This document shows positions 56,512-64,000 of a stretch of DNA of 64,000 nucleotides, piece after piece (the stretch's first letter is position 1; each line of letters starts with the position of its first letter). Source of the stretch: Verrucomicrobiia bacterium (GTDB taxonomy: Bacteria; Patescibacteriota; Saccharimonadia; Saccharimonadales; JAGQNK01); contig DATHJY010000009.1 of NCBI GenBank assembly GCA_035489575.1, positions 5,517 to 69,516 on the forward strand. Direction: 5' to 3'. The notes under the pieces are model-generated. The model was not told where the DNA came from, ran no database searches, and saw only the letters and a program-made list of their open reading frames with translations. The translations under genes and the position numbers were made by a program.

Positions 56512-56590
56512 ACTTAAGTTCGGCCGCCAATATCAGCCCGGTCGGACCACCCACCTTCCATAGTTACTAGCGCGTGCCTTTACTCTACTC
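56512..56590 (-). pseudogene. remnant of the 5' end of a second FAD monooxygenase gene
   Basis: CATCAGCCCGGTCGGACCACC is shared with 54783-54803. It encodes ..VGGPTGLILAAELK preceded by in-frame TAG and TAA, and the homology ends abruptly near 56512. Confidence 0.5.
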
Positions 56591-56618
56591 ACCCATGTCC
56601 TCTAACCACCCCACATAA

Positions 56619-57440
56619 CTAAAGCTGTGTCCTGTCTTGCTTTAGTAGCTTTAACTTGTCGAGGATCCTGGTATACACAATATCTATTGAATAAGGCGGC
56701 GCGCCCGGTGTGTCCCGTTGCGCAGGGGCTTCATGATGAGACTTATGCCTGAAGGACGCCGAGGGTACGATTAAATGGAGTGCTTTCGGTCGCATGTCTT
56801 TTCCGGCAGTTGGCGCCGGTCCACCTTCTTTGTGCTCTGGCATTCCCGCATACAGCGCTGCCAGCGATGAGCCCAGAAGGAATCCACTATACCAAGCCAA
56901 AGCTCGTGGCATAGGGACTTCAGAGTGTCTATTCATATATCTTCTGTATCGAGCTGCTACGAGAAGAGAAGGAATAGCGAGATTGCTTAAGGGCTCGGGC
57001 AGCTTTGTGAGTGCCTCGCCAACAATAGTCCTTTTTACACCCACAGGCTTGCCTGCTTCGTCGTACTTTAGTATAGGGTCGTTGGCTGGGTCCAAACCCT
57101 GGAACACAAGGGCACCGTGAAGCTCTTCGTCTGCAAGGATATTTTTAGTATGTCTCCGGGACACATAGCTGTCGCCCAAGGTTTTTTTAAACGCATGAAA
57201 AATTGAGCCGGGTGGATATACCACCTCTTCGTGATGATGTTTGCGGTGTTCAATGCTAAACGTAGTGGGGTCAGACCCAACCGCCCACAATGCAACTTCG
57301 GCCATCTCTCGCACCGGACTCACGAGCTCATCTGTTCTATGTGCTTGTCGGTGCGCTAAAATCTCAGCCGACAAAGGACCAATCACTACTCCGTACCCCA
57401 AACCTTCGCCAAAACTAGCTGCTAATTCTATCGGTCTCAT
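56619..57440 (-). CDS. His-box membrane desaturase/hydroxylase-like protein, paralogue 1
   Basis: Three His boxes in the canonical order: HRQAH, HRKHHH and HKSHH, with hydrophobic segments between them. Confidence 0.5.
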   Translation of the reverse strand: MRPIELAASFGEGLGYGVVIGPLSAEILAHRQAHRTDELVSPVREMAEVALWAVGSDPTTFSIEHRKHHHEEVVYPPGSIFHAFKKTLGDSYVSRRHTKNILADEELHGALVFQGLDPANDPILKYDEAGKPVGVKRTIVGEALTKLPEPLSNLAIPSLLVAARYRRYMNRHSEVPMPRALAWYSGFLLGSSLAALYAGMPEHKEGGPAPTAGKDMRPKALHLIVPSASFRHKSHHEAPAQRDTPGAPPYSIDIVYTRILDKLKLLKQDRTQL

Positions 57441-57591
57441 AATGCCCTTCTTAGTGTGAAACTACTATACAACATAAGCCCGTACTAAGAGAAAATTCAC
57501 ACACCCCTTGTATTAATTCCTCTACATTATGGCGTGGTGTTTGTCGCCGATGTGATACTATATGACGCAAAATAAATGAAGGAGGCATTAG

Positions 57592-58500
57592 GTGAGCGAA
57601 GCTGGTGACTTAGCAAAAGCGGCAGCGGTGGGTATGGCAGCGGGAGTGGTTGGTATTGCAGTCGGTGGTGAAGCTTGGGGACATGAGTCGTTGGCACACC
57701 GGACTGCAGAACTGCATCCAGTAGCTGCAGTAGCAGGTGACTTGTGCTTATGGGCACTGGGCGTTGATATAGCCACTACGGATGTAGGTCACCGAAAGCA
57801 TCATGCCACCGAAATGCAACACCCCGTTCGATCTCTTGGTGTGGCATTTGTAGATACTATGAAGGATATATATGTCACGCGAAAGCAGGCCCAAGAAATA
57901 TTGCGCGATACGTCTCTTCATGGCTATATTATGGATTTTGGCATGGACAGAGCAACTGATCCACTCCTGGAATATGATAATGAAACTCCTACAGCAATCA
58001 AACGAGGCCATTGGCCAGGCAAGCTATTCGGAAGAGTGTTGCCCGAACCAGCGGGTAGGCTTGCTGTCCCGGCTGCCATTATTGGCATAGGTGGCCAGCT
58101 TGCCGAGAAAGCCTTTCCGGGCAAGGGACGTCAGATGCTTCTGGCAGGCTATGCGGGCTATGCAGCCTTTTCACTAGTTGCCGCTCTTATACCAGGTGTT
58201 GCCGAATACACTAATGGTGGAGACGGTAAAACAGTGGGCAGAGATATTATGAAAGGGTCTAAGGCTCTGTCGCTCATAATGCCTTGGGTAGCTTTTCGGC
58301 ATGGCGAGCATCACGAAAATCCTGCCAAGCGTAGATTGGATAGCGAGCCTGCCTATTCCAGTGCACGTTTAGTTATGGTTGCACTTGATAAGTTGGGTCT
58401 TGCGAGACCAACCGGATCAGAGGAAACCGCAGTGGCTCATAAAGCAGTTATATCCGCGCCATTAGACGCTGAGCAACTTGAGTTTGAGGCGGCTACATAA
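57592..58500 (+). CDS. His-box membrane desaturase/hydroxylase-like protein, paralogue 2
   Basis: HESLAH / HRKHH / HGEHH. Aligns with the divergent neighbour (DPxLxYDxxxxPxxxKR, FRHxxHHExPAxR). Confidence 0.5.
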   Translation: MSEAGDLAKAAAVGMAAGVVGIAVGGEAWGHESLAHRTAELHPVAAVAGDLCLWALGVDIATTDVGHRKHHATEMQHPVRSLGVAFVDTMKDIYVTRKQAQEILRDTSLHGYIMDFGMDRATDPLLEYDNETPTAIKRGHWPGKLFGRVLPEPAGRLAVPAAIIGIGGQLAEKAFPGKGRQMLLAGYAGYAAFSLVAALIPGVAEYTNGGDGKTVGRDIMKGSKALSLIMPWVAFRHGEHHENPAKRRLDSEPAYSSARLVMVALDKLGLARPTGSEETAVAHKAVISAPLDAEQLEFEAAT

Positions 58501-58601
58501 TAATCTAGCGATGGCAACCCTAGGGATAATTTAGGCAGAGTGGGTAGAGTCGGGACGCCGGCTACCGACCCAGCTATCGCTGGATTTGTTAAGATAAAGG
58601 T

Positions 58602-59204
58602 ATGAGAAAAATAGTAGTACTAATGATGATCAGCCTGGATGGGGTTATGCAGGCGCCTGGTGGGCCGGAAGAGGATACTTCGGGCGGTTTTAAATACGGT
58701 GGTTGGACCTATGCATACTCTGACGAAGCTATGGCCGAAATAATTAGCAAAGAATTGAGTGAGCCATTTGACTTGCTGCTGGGCAGGAAGACATACGACA
58801 TATGGAACGCGTACTGGCCCAAGCAAACGGGTTTTGTGGCTGACCCTTTTAATAAAGCTAAGAAATACGTGGTATCGGGCAAAGGCGTAGACCTCACCTG
58901 GAAAGAGTCAATTCTTATCAGTGATGACGTTGTGGCTCAGCTCAAAGCCCTGAAGGCAGAAGACGGTCCGCAGCTGCACGTATGGGGTAGCAGCGTGCTC
59001 ATCCAAACACTCCTAAAGCATGATCTGGTTGATGAACTACGGCTCAGAATATACCCGGTCACGCTTGGCAGCGGAAAGCGTTTGTTTGCAGAGGGAACAA
59101 TCCCTGCTGCGTTTGAGTTGCTGGACTCTACGGCTTTGCCAAGCGGTGTCATCCTAGCCAATTACAAAAGAGCTGGCGAAGTTAAAACCGGTTCGGTTGT
59201 CTAG
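58602..59204 (+). CDS. dihydrofolate-reductase-like (RibD C-terminal domain) family protein
   Basis: MRKIVVLMMISLDGVMQAPGG...LLLGRKTYDIW...HVWGSSVLIQTLLKHDLVDELRLRIYPVTLGSGKRLF. Confidence 0.75.
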   Translation: MRKIVVLMMISLDGVMQAPGGPEEDTSGGFKYGGWTYAYSDEAMAEIISKELSEPFDLLLGRKTYDIWNAYWPKQTGFVADPFNKAKKYVVSGKGVDLTWKESILISDDVVAQLKALKAEDGPQLHVWGSSVLIQTLLKHDLVDELRLRIYPVTLGSGKRLFAEGTIPAAFELLDSTALPSGVILANYKRAGEVKTGSVV

Positions 59205-59212
59205 AACACACT

Positions 59213-59854
59213 GTGAGACTCTATCTTTCCTCTTACGGACTGGGCAATAAGCCAGAAGAAATGCTACCCCTAATCGGCAACAATAAGCGTGTGGCAATCA
59301 TCATGAATGCCCAAGACGCCAAGGCACCCGACAGACGCAGTGAACGTCTGCAGCAAGAAATCGACGGTCTGGCCGCTCTTGGCCTGGTGCCCGAAGAATT
59401 TGATTTGCGGGACTACTTTGATGATCAGGACAACCTAACAGCTGTCGTTAAACAGTTTGGATACATATGGGTGAGGGGCGGCAATGTTTTCTTGTTGCGG
59501 CGTGCGTTTAAACAAAGTGGCTTCGACCAGCTACTTACGCAACTACTGCAAGATGACCAAGTAGCTTACGGCGGTTTTAGCGCAGGAGTGTGTGTCTTGG
59601 CGCCTTCCCTACACGGTATTGAACTAGTTGACCCCACGGATGAGCTAGCAGAGGGTTACGATAGCGACATCGTATGGGAAGGCCTGGGGATTCTTGAGTA
59701 TGCAGTAGCGCCACACTATAAGTCCGACCACCCGGAGTCAGCAGACATAGATAAATGCGTAGCGTACCTCAAAGAAAAACAAATCCCTTATAAAACACTA
59801 CGAGATGGTGAGGCAATTGTAATCAATGGGAATTCAGAAAAACTAGTTTCCTAG
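59213..59854 (+). CDS. peptidase S51 (dipeptidase E-like) family protein
   Basis: GTG start. VRGGNVFLLRRAFKQSG and the GFSAG serine motif. Confidence 0.7.
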   Translation: MRLYLSSYGLGNKPEEMLPLIGNNKRVAIIMNAQDAKAPDRRSERLQQEIDGLAALGLVPEEFDLRDYFDDQDNLTAVVKQFGYIWVRGGNVFLLRRAFKQSGFDQLLTQLLQDDQVAYGGFSAGVCVLAPSLHGIELVDPTDELAEGYDSDIVWEGLGILEYAVAPHYKSDHPESADIDKCVAYLKEKQIPYKTLRDGEAIVINGNSEKLVS

Positions 59855-59919
59855 GGCATAGCCCTTACCTGCCCCTATCGGAAGTCTTCTGTTGGTTTGG
59901 CCAGCCAGCCAAAAAATAA

Positions 59920-59948
59920 TTGCATATGCTTACGTAACAGCGTATAAT
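59920..59948 (+). promoter_or_regulatory. sigma70-like promoter TTGCAT-17-TATAAT upstream of the ABC exporter
   Basis: TTGCAT at 59920-59925 and TATAAT at 59943-59948. This implies a ~200 nt leader. Confidence 0.45.
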
Positions 59949-59989
59949 CTGTTGTATATTTATCAATTAACCCGGAGACGGCGACAAAA

Positions 59990-60043
59990 ATGTTTATAGT
60001 TACAAGTATTCTGCTAGCAGATGTTGCCGGCTTACGGCGTTAA
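59990..60043 (+). CDS. candidate 17-codon leader ORF (MFIVTSILLADVAGLRR)
   Basis: ATG is preceded by GGAG (59974-59977). Lies inside the leader of the ABC exporter gene. Speculative. Confidence 0.25.
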   Translation: MFIVTSILLADVAGLRR

Positions 60044-60161
60044 AACTCTCTTTTAGCAAAACCTCACAACTGCCCTGAGCCATAGCGTAGACTATGATGG
60101 AGCGCTCTATACATACCACTAATTATGCGGCAACCAACCGCTCTACTTTCCAAGGATCCCT

Positions 60162-61913
60162 ATGAAAAATTATCCATCACTTCGTGCGTTTGCCAGTTAT
60201 ATTGCAACGTTCAAGAAGTCATTTCTAGCTACTGCATTAGCATTTTCTATAGCCAACATACCGCTGGCTGTTTTGCCGTTGCTCATTGGACAACTTACAG
60301 AAAGCCTCACCACCAACAGCGGACAGGCCATATGGTGGCTGGGTGCTGTTATCGGCGCCAGCATACTCCATAACATTCTATGGATTGTCGCAGACTTTCT
60401 ATACAGAGATAAGCTGCTGGAACGGCTGCACCGGTTTGACGACATCGTGTTTGGCAACATCATGACTCATGATTACGGCTTTTTTACCGAACGTTTTACC
60501 GGCAAAATAAGCAGCTACGCCGGCACCTTGGGCCAGGAACTGCGTGACATATGCGATAATTTCATGCACTCGTACTCAGCAGCTATTGTCTTTATGCCAG
60601 TGTTTGTGGCAACCATGTTCAGCGTAAATATCTACATTGGCGCGCTATTCACGGCGTCCTTGGTGGCAATGTTTGTTGGCGGGAAACCCCTAGCCAAACG
60701 CGATGCCGCAGCCGAGCGCAAACAGGCAGATGCCAAGTCTACCATAGACGGCTATACCGTAGACTCCATTGCTAACTTTATGGCCATAAAGTCATTTGGC
60801 AACGAACAAACAGAAGCCAAGCATCTGTACGCCAAGCGCGTTCATCTGATTGTAGTCAGCAAGTATGCGTATCTACGCGCCATTTACTTTTGGGGCTATA
60901 TGGGTACGGTGGTGCGAATGTTCATGTGGACCGCAACGTTTGCGATGGTTATTTACCAGTATCTACATGGTGATATATCGATTGCCCAGGTATCTACCTT
61001 TGTAGCGGCTATCATGGTTTACCAAAGCTACATTTGGGAAATAGTTTGGAACTTTTCGCAGCTGAATATCAAGATTGCCCGCATCGAAGAGGCCTATCGT
61101 TACCTGTTCGGTACCCGCGATATCATCCGCCAACCATTGCCGGCCACTTCACCACGCTTGCCTGATAGTGCCTTTAAAAACAGTTTAGAAATACGCAATA
61201 TGCACTTTGCATATCCCGACAAGCCTGACGTGCCCGTCCTCCAGAACATTAGCATGACCGTCCAAGTCGGAGAAAAGATTGGCATCGTTGGCCCCAGTGG
61301 CGGTGGCAAGTCCACTCTGCTGAAACTACTGCTTGGGTACTACCCAGTAGAGCCCGACACACTACTTGTAGATGGCAAGCCAGTAGAGAGCAGCCAGCTG
61401 ACCGATCTCCTGTCATACGTGCCACAAGATACCTCGGTATTTCACCGCTCTGTTCGTGACAACATAGCTTACGCCCGCCCAGACGCCACCACAGAACAAG
61501 TCATAGCCGCAGCCAAGCATGCTCAAGCCCACCAGTTTATCAGCACGCTGAGCGAGGGGTACGACACATTAGTCGGCGAACGCGGCGTCAAACTGTCCGG
61601 AGGCCAACGGCAACGCATAGCCATTGCCAGGGCACTGCTCAAAAACGCACCATTGCTGCTACTAGACGAGGCTACCAGTGCCTTAGACAGTGAGAGCGAG
61701 CTGCTGATTCAGCGTGCTTTTAGCGATCTGTTGGCTGGCCGCACGGCGATTGTCATTGCGCACCGGCTCAGTACCATTCAGCGCATGGATCGTATCTTGG
61801 TCATAGTCAAGGGGCGGATTGTGCAACAAGGCTCACACGCCCAGCTCGTAGACCAACCCGGTATGTACCGGGCACTTTGGCAGCACCAAAGTGGAGGCTT
61901 TCTTGAAGACTAA
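60162..61913 (+). CDS. ABC exporter, fused permease/ATPase (MsbA/type IV fold)
   Basis: Six N-terminal TM helices, Walker A GPSGGGKST, LSGGQRQRIAIARAL, LLLLDEATSALD. Confidence 0.9.
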   Translation: MKNYPSLRAFASYIATFKKSFLATALAFSIANIPLAVLPLLIGQLTESLTTNSGQAIWWLGAVIGASILHNILWIVADFLYRDKLLERLHRFDDIVFGNIMTHDYGFFTERFTGKISSYAGTLGQELRDICDNFMHSYSAAIVFMPVFVATMFSVNIYIGALFTASLVAMFVGGKPLAKRDAAAERKQADAKSTIDGYTVDSIANFMAIKSFGNEQTEAKHLYAKRVHLIVVSKYAYLRAIYFWGYMGTVVRMFMWTATFAMVIYQYLHGDISIAQVSTFVAAIMVYQSYIWEIVWNFSQLNIKIARIEEAYRYLFGTRDIIRQPLPATSPRLPDSAFKNSLEIRNMHFAYPDKPDVPVLQNISMTVQVGEKIGIVGPSGGGKSTLLKLLLGYYPVEPDTLLVDGKPVESSQLTDLLSYVPQDTSVFHRSVRDNIAYARPDATTEQVIAAAKHAQAHQFISTLSEGYDTLVGERGVKLSGGQRQRIAIARALLKNAPLLLLDEATSALDSESELLIQRAFSDLLAGRTAIVIAHRLSTIQRMDRILVIVKGRIVQQGSHAQLVDQPGMYRALWQHQSGGFLED

Positions 61914-61988
61914 CGCTAAAAACTAACCACGGTTGCCCGGTATCGACAGAACAGCCCCACGGGGCTATTTTTGGGTTAGTCACCGAGG

Positions 61989-62234
61989 CTAGCCAAGTAC
62001 CGGCAAAGATTCGACCGGTACTTTGAGTACCTGAGCTAAACGCTCAATATGTTGAAACTTACAGTATTTTATCGGTTCATTGTCATGGGAATAAATGCGG
62101 TAGTAGTGAGTAAAAGTAACCTTCTCATTCTTAAAATTCTTTGCGCTTGTTGGCTTGTCGATTCGTTTGATCACCCAGCCGCCAGGCTGCTGATCTAGGA
62201 TCCGTTTAATTTTTGCATAGTGGTTGAACGGCAC
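61989..62234 (-). CDS. hypothetical protein
   Basis: 81 aa ORF with no recognised motif. Confidence 0.35.
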   Translation of the reverse strand: MPFNHYAKIKRILDQQPGGWVIKRIDKPTSAKNFKNEKVTFTHYYRIYSHDNEPIKYCKFQHIERLAQVLKVPVESLPVLG

Positions 62235-62258
62235 ATGAGGAAGTATAAACTAAGAGGT

Positions 62259-62852
62259 ATGAGCAAACTTATTCTAAACATGACCATGTCACTGGACGGC
62301 TTTACGGCCGGCCCAAATATTCGGCCCGAAGAACCTATGGGGGACGGCGGCGAGGAACTTCACCGCTGGATGTTTGCAGGCGGCAGCACGGACGAAAACC
62401 CTGGAAAGTTCCAGACTGAGTTTTTTGAAAATATCGGCGCCTACATTATGGGCAGGCGAACACTGGACCTAGGACTAGAGCCATGGGGAGAAAACCCGCC
62501 GTATCATGCCCCGTGTTTTGTATTGTCAAAAGAGCGGCACGACACCATAACAAAACAGGGCGGCACATCATTTGCTTTCGTAACTGACGGTGTCCACAGC
62601 GCATTCAAACAAGCGCAGGCGGCAGCGGGCAGCAAAGATATCATAGTCATGGGAGGCGCCAATGCGGCGCAACAGTTTGTAAATGCCGGCTTGTTTGACG
62701 AGCTGTACATCCACGTTGCACACATGCTGCTCGGGAGCGGCACCAGACTGTTCGACAACCTCACAATCAAACCAACTGACCTAGAAAAAATCGCCGTGAC
62801 CGATGCGCTGGGTGCAACGCATATGAAATTTCGATTCCGCAAGCTCGTATAA
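62259..62852 (+). CDS. dihydrofolate-reductase-like (RibD C-terminal domain) family protein, second copy
   Basis: MSKLILNMTMSLDGFTAGP...GRRTLD...VMGGANAAQQFVNAGLFDELYIHVAHMLLGSGTRLF. The start was chosen by alignment to 58602-59204. Confidence 0.75.
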   Translation: MSKLILNMTMSLDGFTAGPNIRPEEPMGDGGEELHRWMFAGGSTDENPGKFQTEFFENIGAYIMGRRTLDLGLEPWGENPPYHAPCFVLSKERHDTITKQGGTSFAFVTDGVHSAFKQAQAAAGSKDIIVMGGANAAQQFVNAGLFDELYIHVAHMLLGSGTRLFDNLTIKPTDLEKIAVTDALGATHMKFRFRKLV

Positions 62853-62859
62853 TTAGGGC

Positions 62860-63309
62860 ATGCCCCGTAGGTCACGCAAGCAACACCATGCGGCAGATTT
62901 CGATCTAGATATTCTATCGGGAGACACCGATATGTTTCGATGGTTTTTGCTGTGTTATCTATTTGGGAAGCCAATTCAGTCCGACGCTGCAGTAACAACG
63001 TGGCGGCTTTTTATCACAGAAAAGTTAGATACGCCTTGGGCTATCGTGGCAGCTTCCGACCACAAACTGGTCCGAGTACTACACAAAGGTGGCTACACGC
63101 GCTACCAGCATGTGACTGCACGTGGACTGCAAGTTTGTATGGAACGATTGATACATGACTATGAGGGCTCGCTGTATCTGATGCTAGAAAACAGCCTAGA
63201 CGAAGATGAGTTTTCTAAAAGACTCCAGGAGTTATATGGTGTCGGCCCAAAGATAGCAGAGATTTTCCTGCACGAGACCGAAGAGATCTTTGCCAGAAGA
63301 GTAGAATAG
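62860..63309 (+). CDS. HhH-motif protein (endonuclease III / HhH-GPD-like, tentative)
   Basis: LQELYGVGPKIAEIFL helix-hairpin-helix motif. No clear catalytic residues identified. Confidence 0.4.
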   Translation: MPRRSRKQHHAADFDLDILSGDTDMFRWFLLCYLFGKPIQSDAAVTTWRLFITEKLDTPWAIVAASDHKLVRVLHKGGYTRYQHVTARGLQVCMERLIHDYEGSLYLMLENSLDEDEFSKRLQELYGVGPKIAEIFLHETEEIFARRVE

Positions 63310-63364
63310 TTGCCTACCCTTTTACTGCGTTAACAGATCGACAGCAAGGTGTATATAAATTACC

Positions 63365-63393
63365 TTGACAGTCATAGTAATGTGTCATACGAT
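63365..63393 (+). promoter_or_regulatory. sigma70-like promoter TTGACA-17-TACGAT for the PadR gene
   Basis: TTGACA at 63365-63370 and TACGAT at 63388-63393. The ATG lies 7 nt downstream with no SD, which suggests a leaderless mRNA. Confidence 0.4.
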
Positions 63394-63399
63394 GTAGTC

Positions 63400-63726
63400 A
63401 TGATAAATAAATTGTCATCAGACTTGCTTCGTGGCCACACGGACACGATCATCCTCAAATTACTGGTGGGTGGCGATAAGTACGGGTACCAAATAACCAA
63501 GCTTATTTACGAAAACTCGGACGGCGTGTACGAGCTAAAAGAAGCCACCATGTATTCCAGCCTCAAACGCCTGGAGCACGATGGCCGCATCATTTCGTAT
63601 TGGGGCGACGAAAGTCAGGGTGGACGGCGCAAGTACTACCGGATCACTGGGGCTGGTCGTGAAGTATATGAAAGTAATAAACAGAACTGGGATTATGCCA
63701 AGAAAATCCTGGGCAAATTATTGTAA
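63400..63726 (+). CDS. PadR family transcriptional regulator
   Basis: LLRGHTDTIILKLLVGGDKYGYQITKLI...YSSLKRLEHDGRIISYWGDESQGGRRKYYRITGAGRE is canonical PadR. Confidence 0.85.
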   Translation: MINKLSSDLLRGHTDTIILKLLVGGDKYGYQITKLIYENSDGVYELKEATMYSSLKRLEHDGRIISYWGDESQGGRRKYYRITGAGREVYESNKQNWDYAKKILGKLL

Positions 63727-63737
63727 GGAGAATAGAC

Positions 63738-64000
63738 ATGGAAAAGAAACTACAGCAATTTTTAGACAACGCATTTGCACCCTACGGTGACTTCCCTGCG
63801 CGGGCCGATGTCACCAAAGAGCTTCTGGCCAACCTTGTAGAAAAGCACAAGGACCTGAAGAGCCAGGGCATGAGCGACGAAGCCGCTTACCAGGCGACCA
63901 TCGATTCGTTCGGTGATGCTTCTGAAATCATGGAGCATCTGCCACATAGCGAAAATAGGCATGCCGATGAGCCGGAAGACGAATCGAACATACATAAGTC
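63738..64000 (+). CDS. PadR-associated protein (DUF1700 / permease-prefix-like N-terminus), 3' end outside window
   Basis: ATG at 63738 lies after AAGGAG. MEKKLQQFLDNAF...SDEAAYQATIDSFGDASEIMEHL. Open to the window end and absent from the ORF track. Confidence 0.55.
   Translation, partial: MEKKLQQFLDNAFAPYGDFPARADVTKELLANLVEKHKDLKSQGMSDEAAYQATIDSFGDASEIMEHLPHSENRHADEPEDESNIHK

Overview
A 64 kb bacterial chromosomal segment using the standard code (TGA is a stop in conserved genes). It has strong AGGAGG-type Shine-Dalgarno sites, and all four tRNA genes encode their CCA ends. The gene content is consistent with a small-genome, Gram-positive-type organism, possibly a Saccharibacteria/CPR-like lineage; this is inference only. 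That content comprises a cyoBCD oxidase with Ndh-2 and an FAD dehydrogenase, Ni-SOD with its protease, and housekeeping genes (trmD, rpsP, rnc, nusB, rpmF, leuS, ligA, alr-ddl-murF, htpX-lemA).

Three things stand out.

1. In 2.5-19.3 kb the housekeeping operons are interrupted at least five times by visibly GC-rich orphan ORFs. Most have their own AT-rich sigma70-like promoter, and several also have a long structured leader and an unusual long-loop 3' hairpin. One of them is a tandem paralogue pair whose non-coding flanks are better conserved than the ORFs.

2. At 39.0-46.1 kb, next to tRNA-Leu, there is a cluster of three fibre / phage-tail-fibre-like proteins. They share a ~70 aa N-terminal module but have unrelated C-termini, each is followed by a partner ORF, and no other phage genes are present.

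3. Downstream of a tRNA-Leu/Cys/Gly cluster, which has a 12 bp repeat of the tRNA-Gly 3' end, lies a ~16 kb accessory block of detoxification, stress and transport genes. It includes a divergent pair of His-box desaturase-like genes.

No CRISPR array, transposase or integrase was seen. All GC statements are by eye, not computed.
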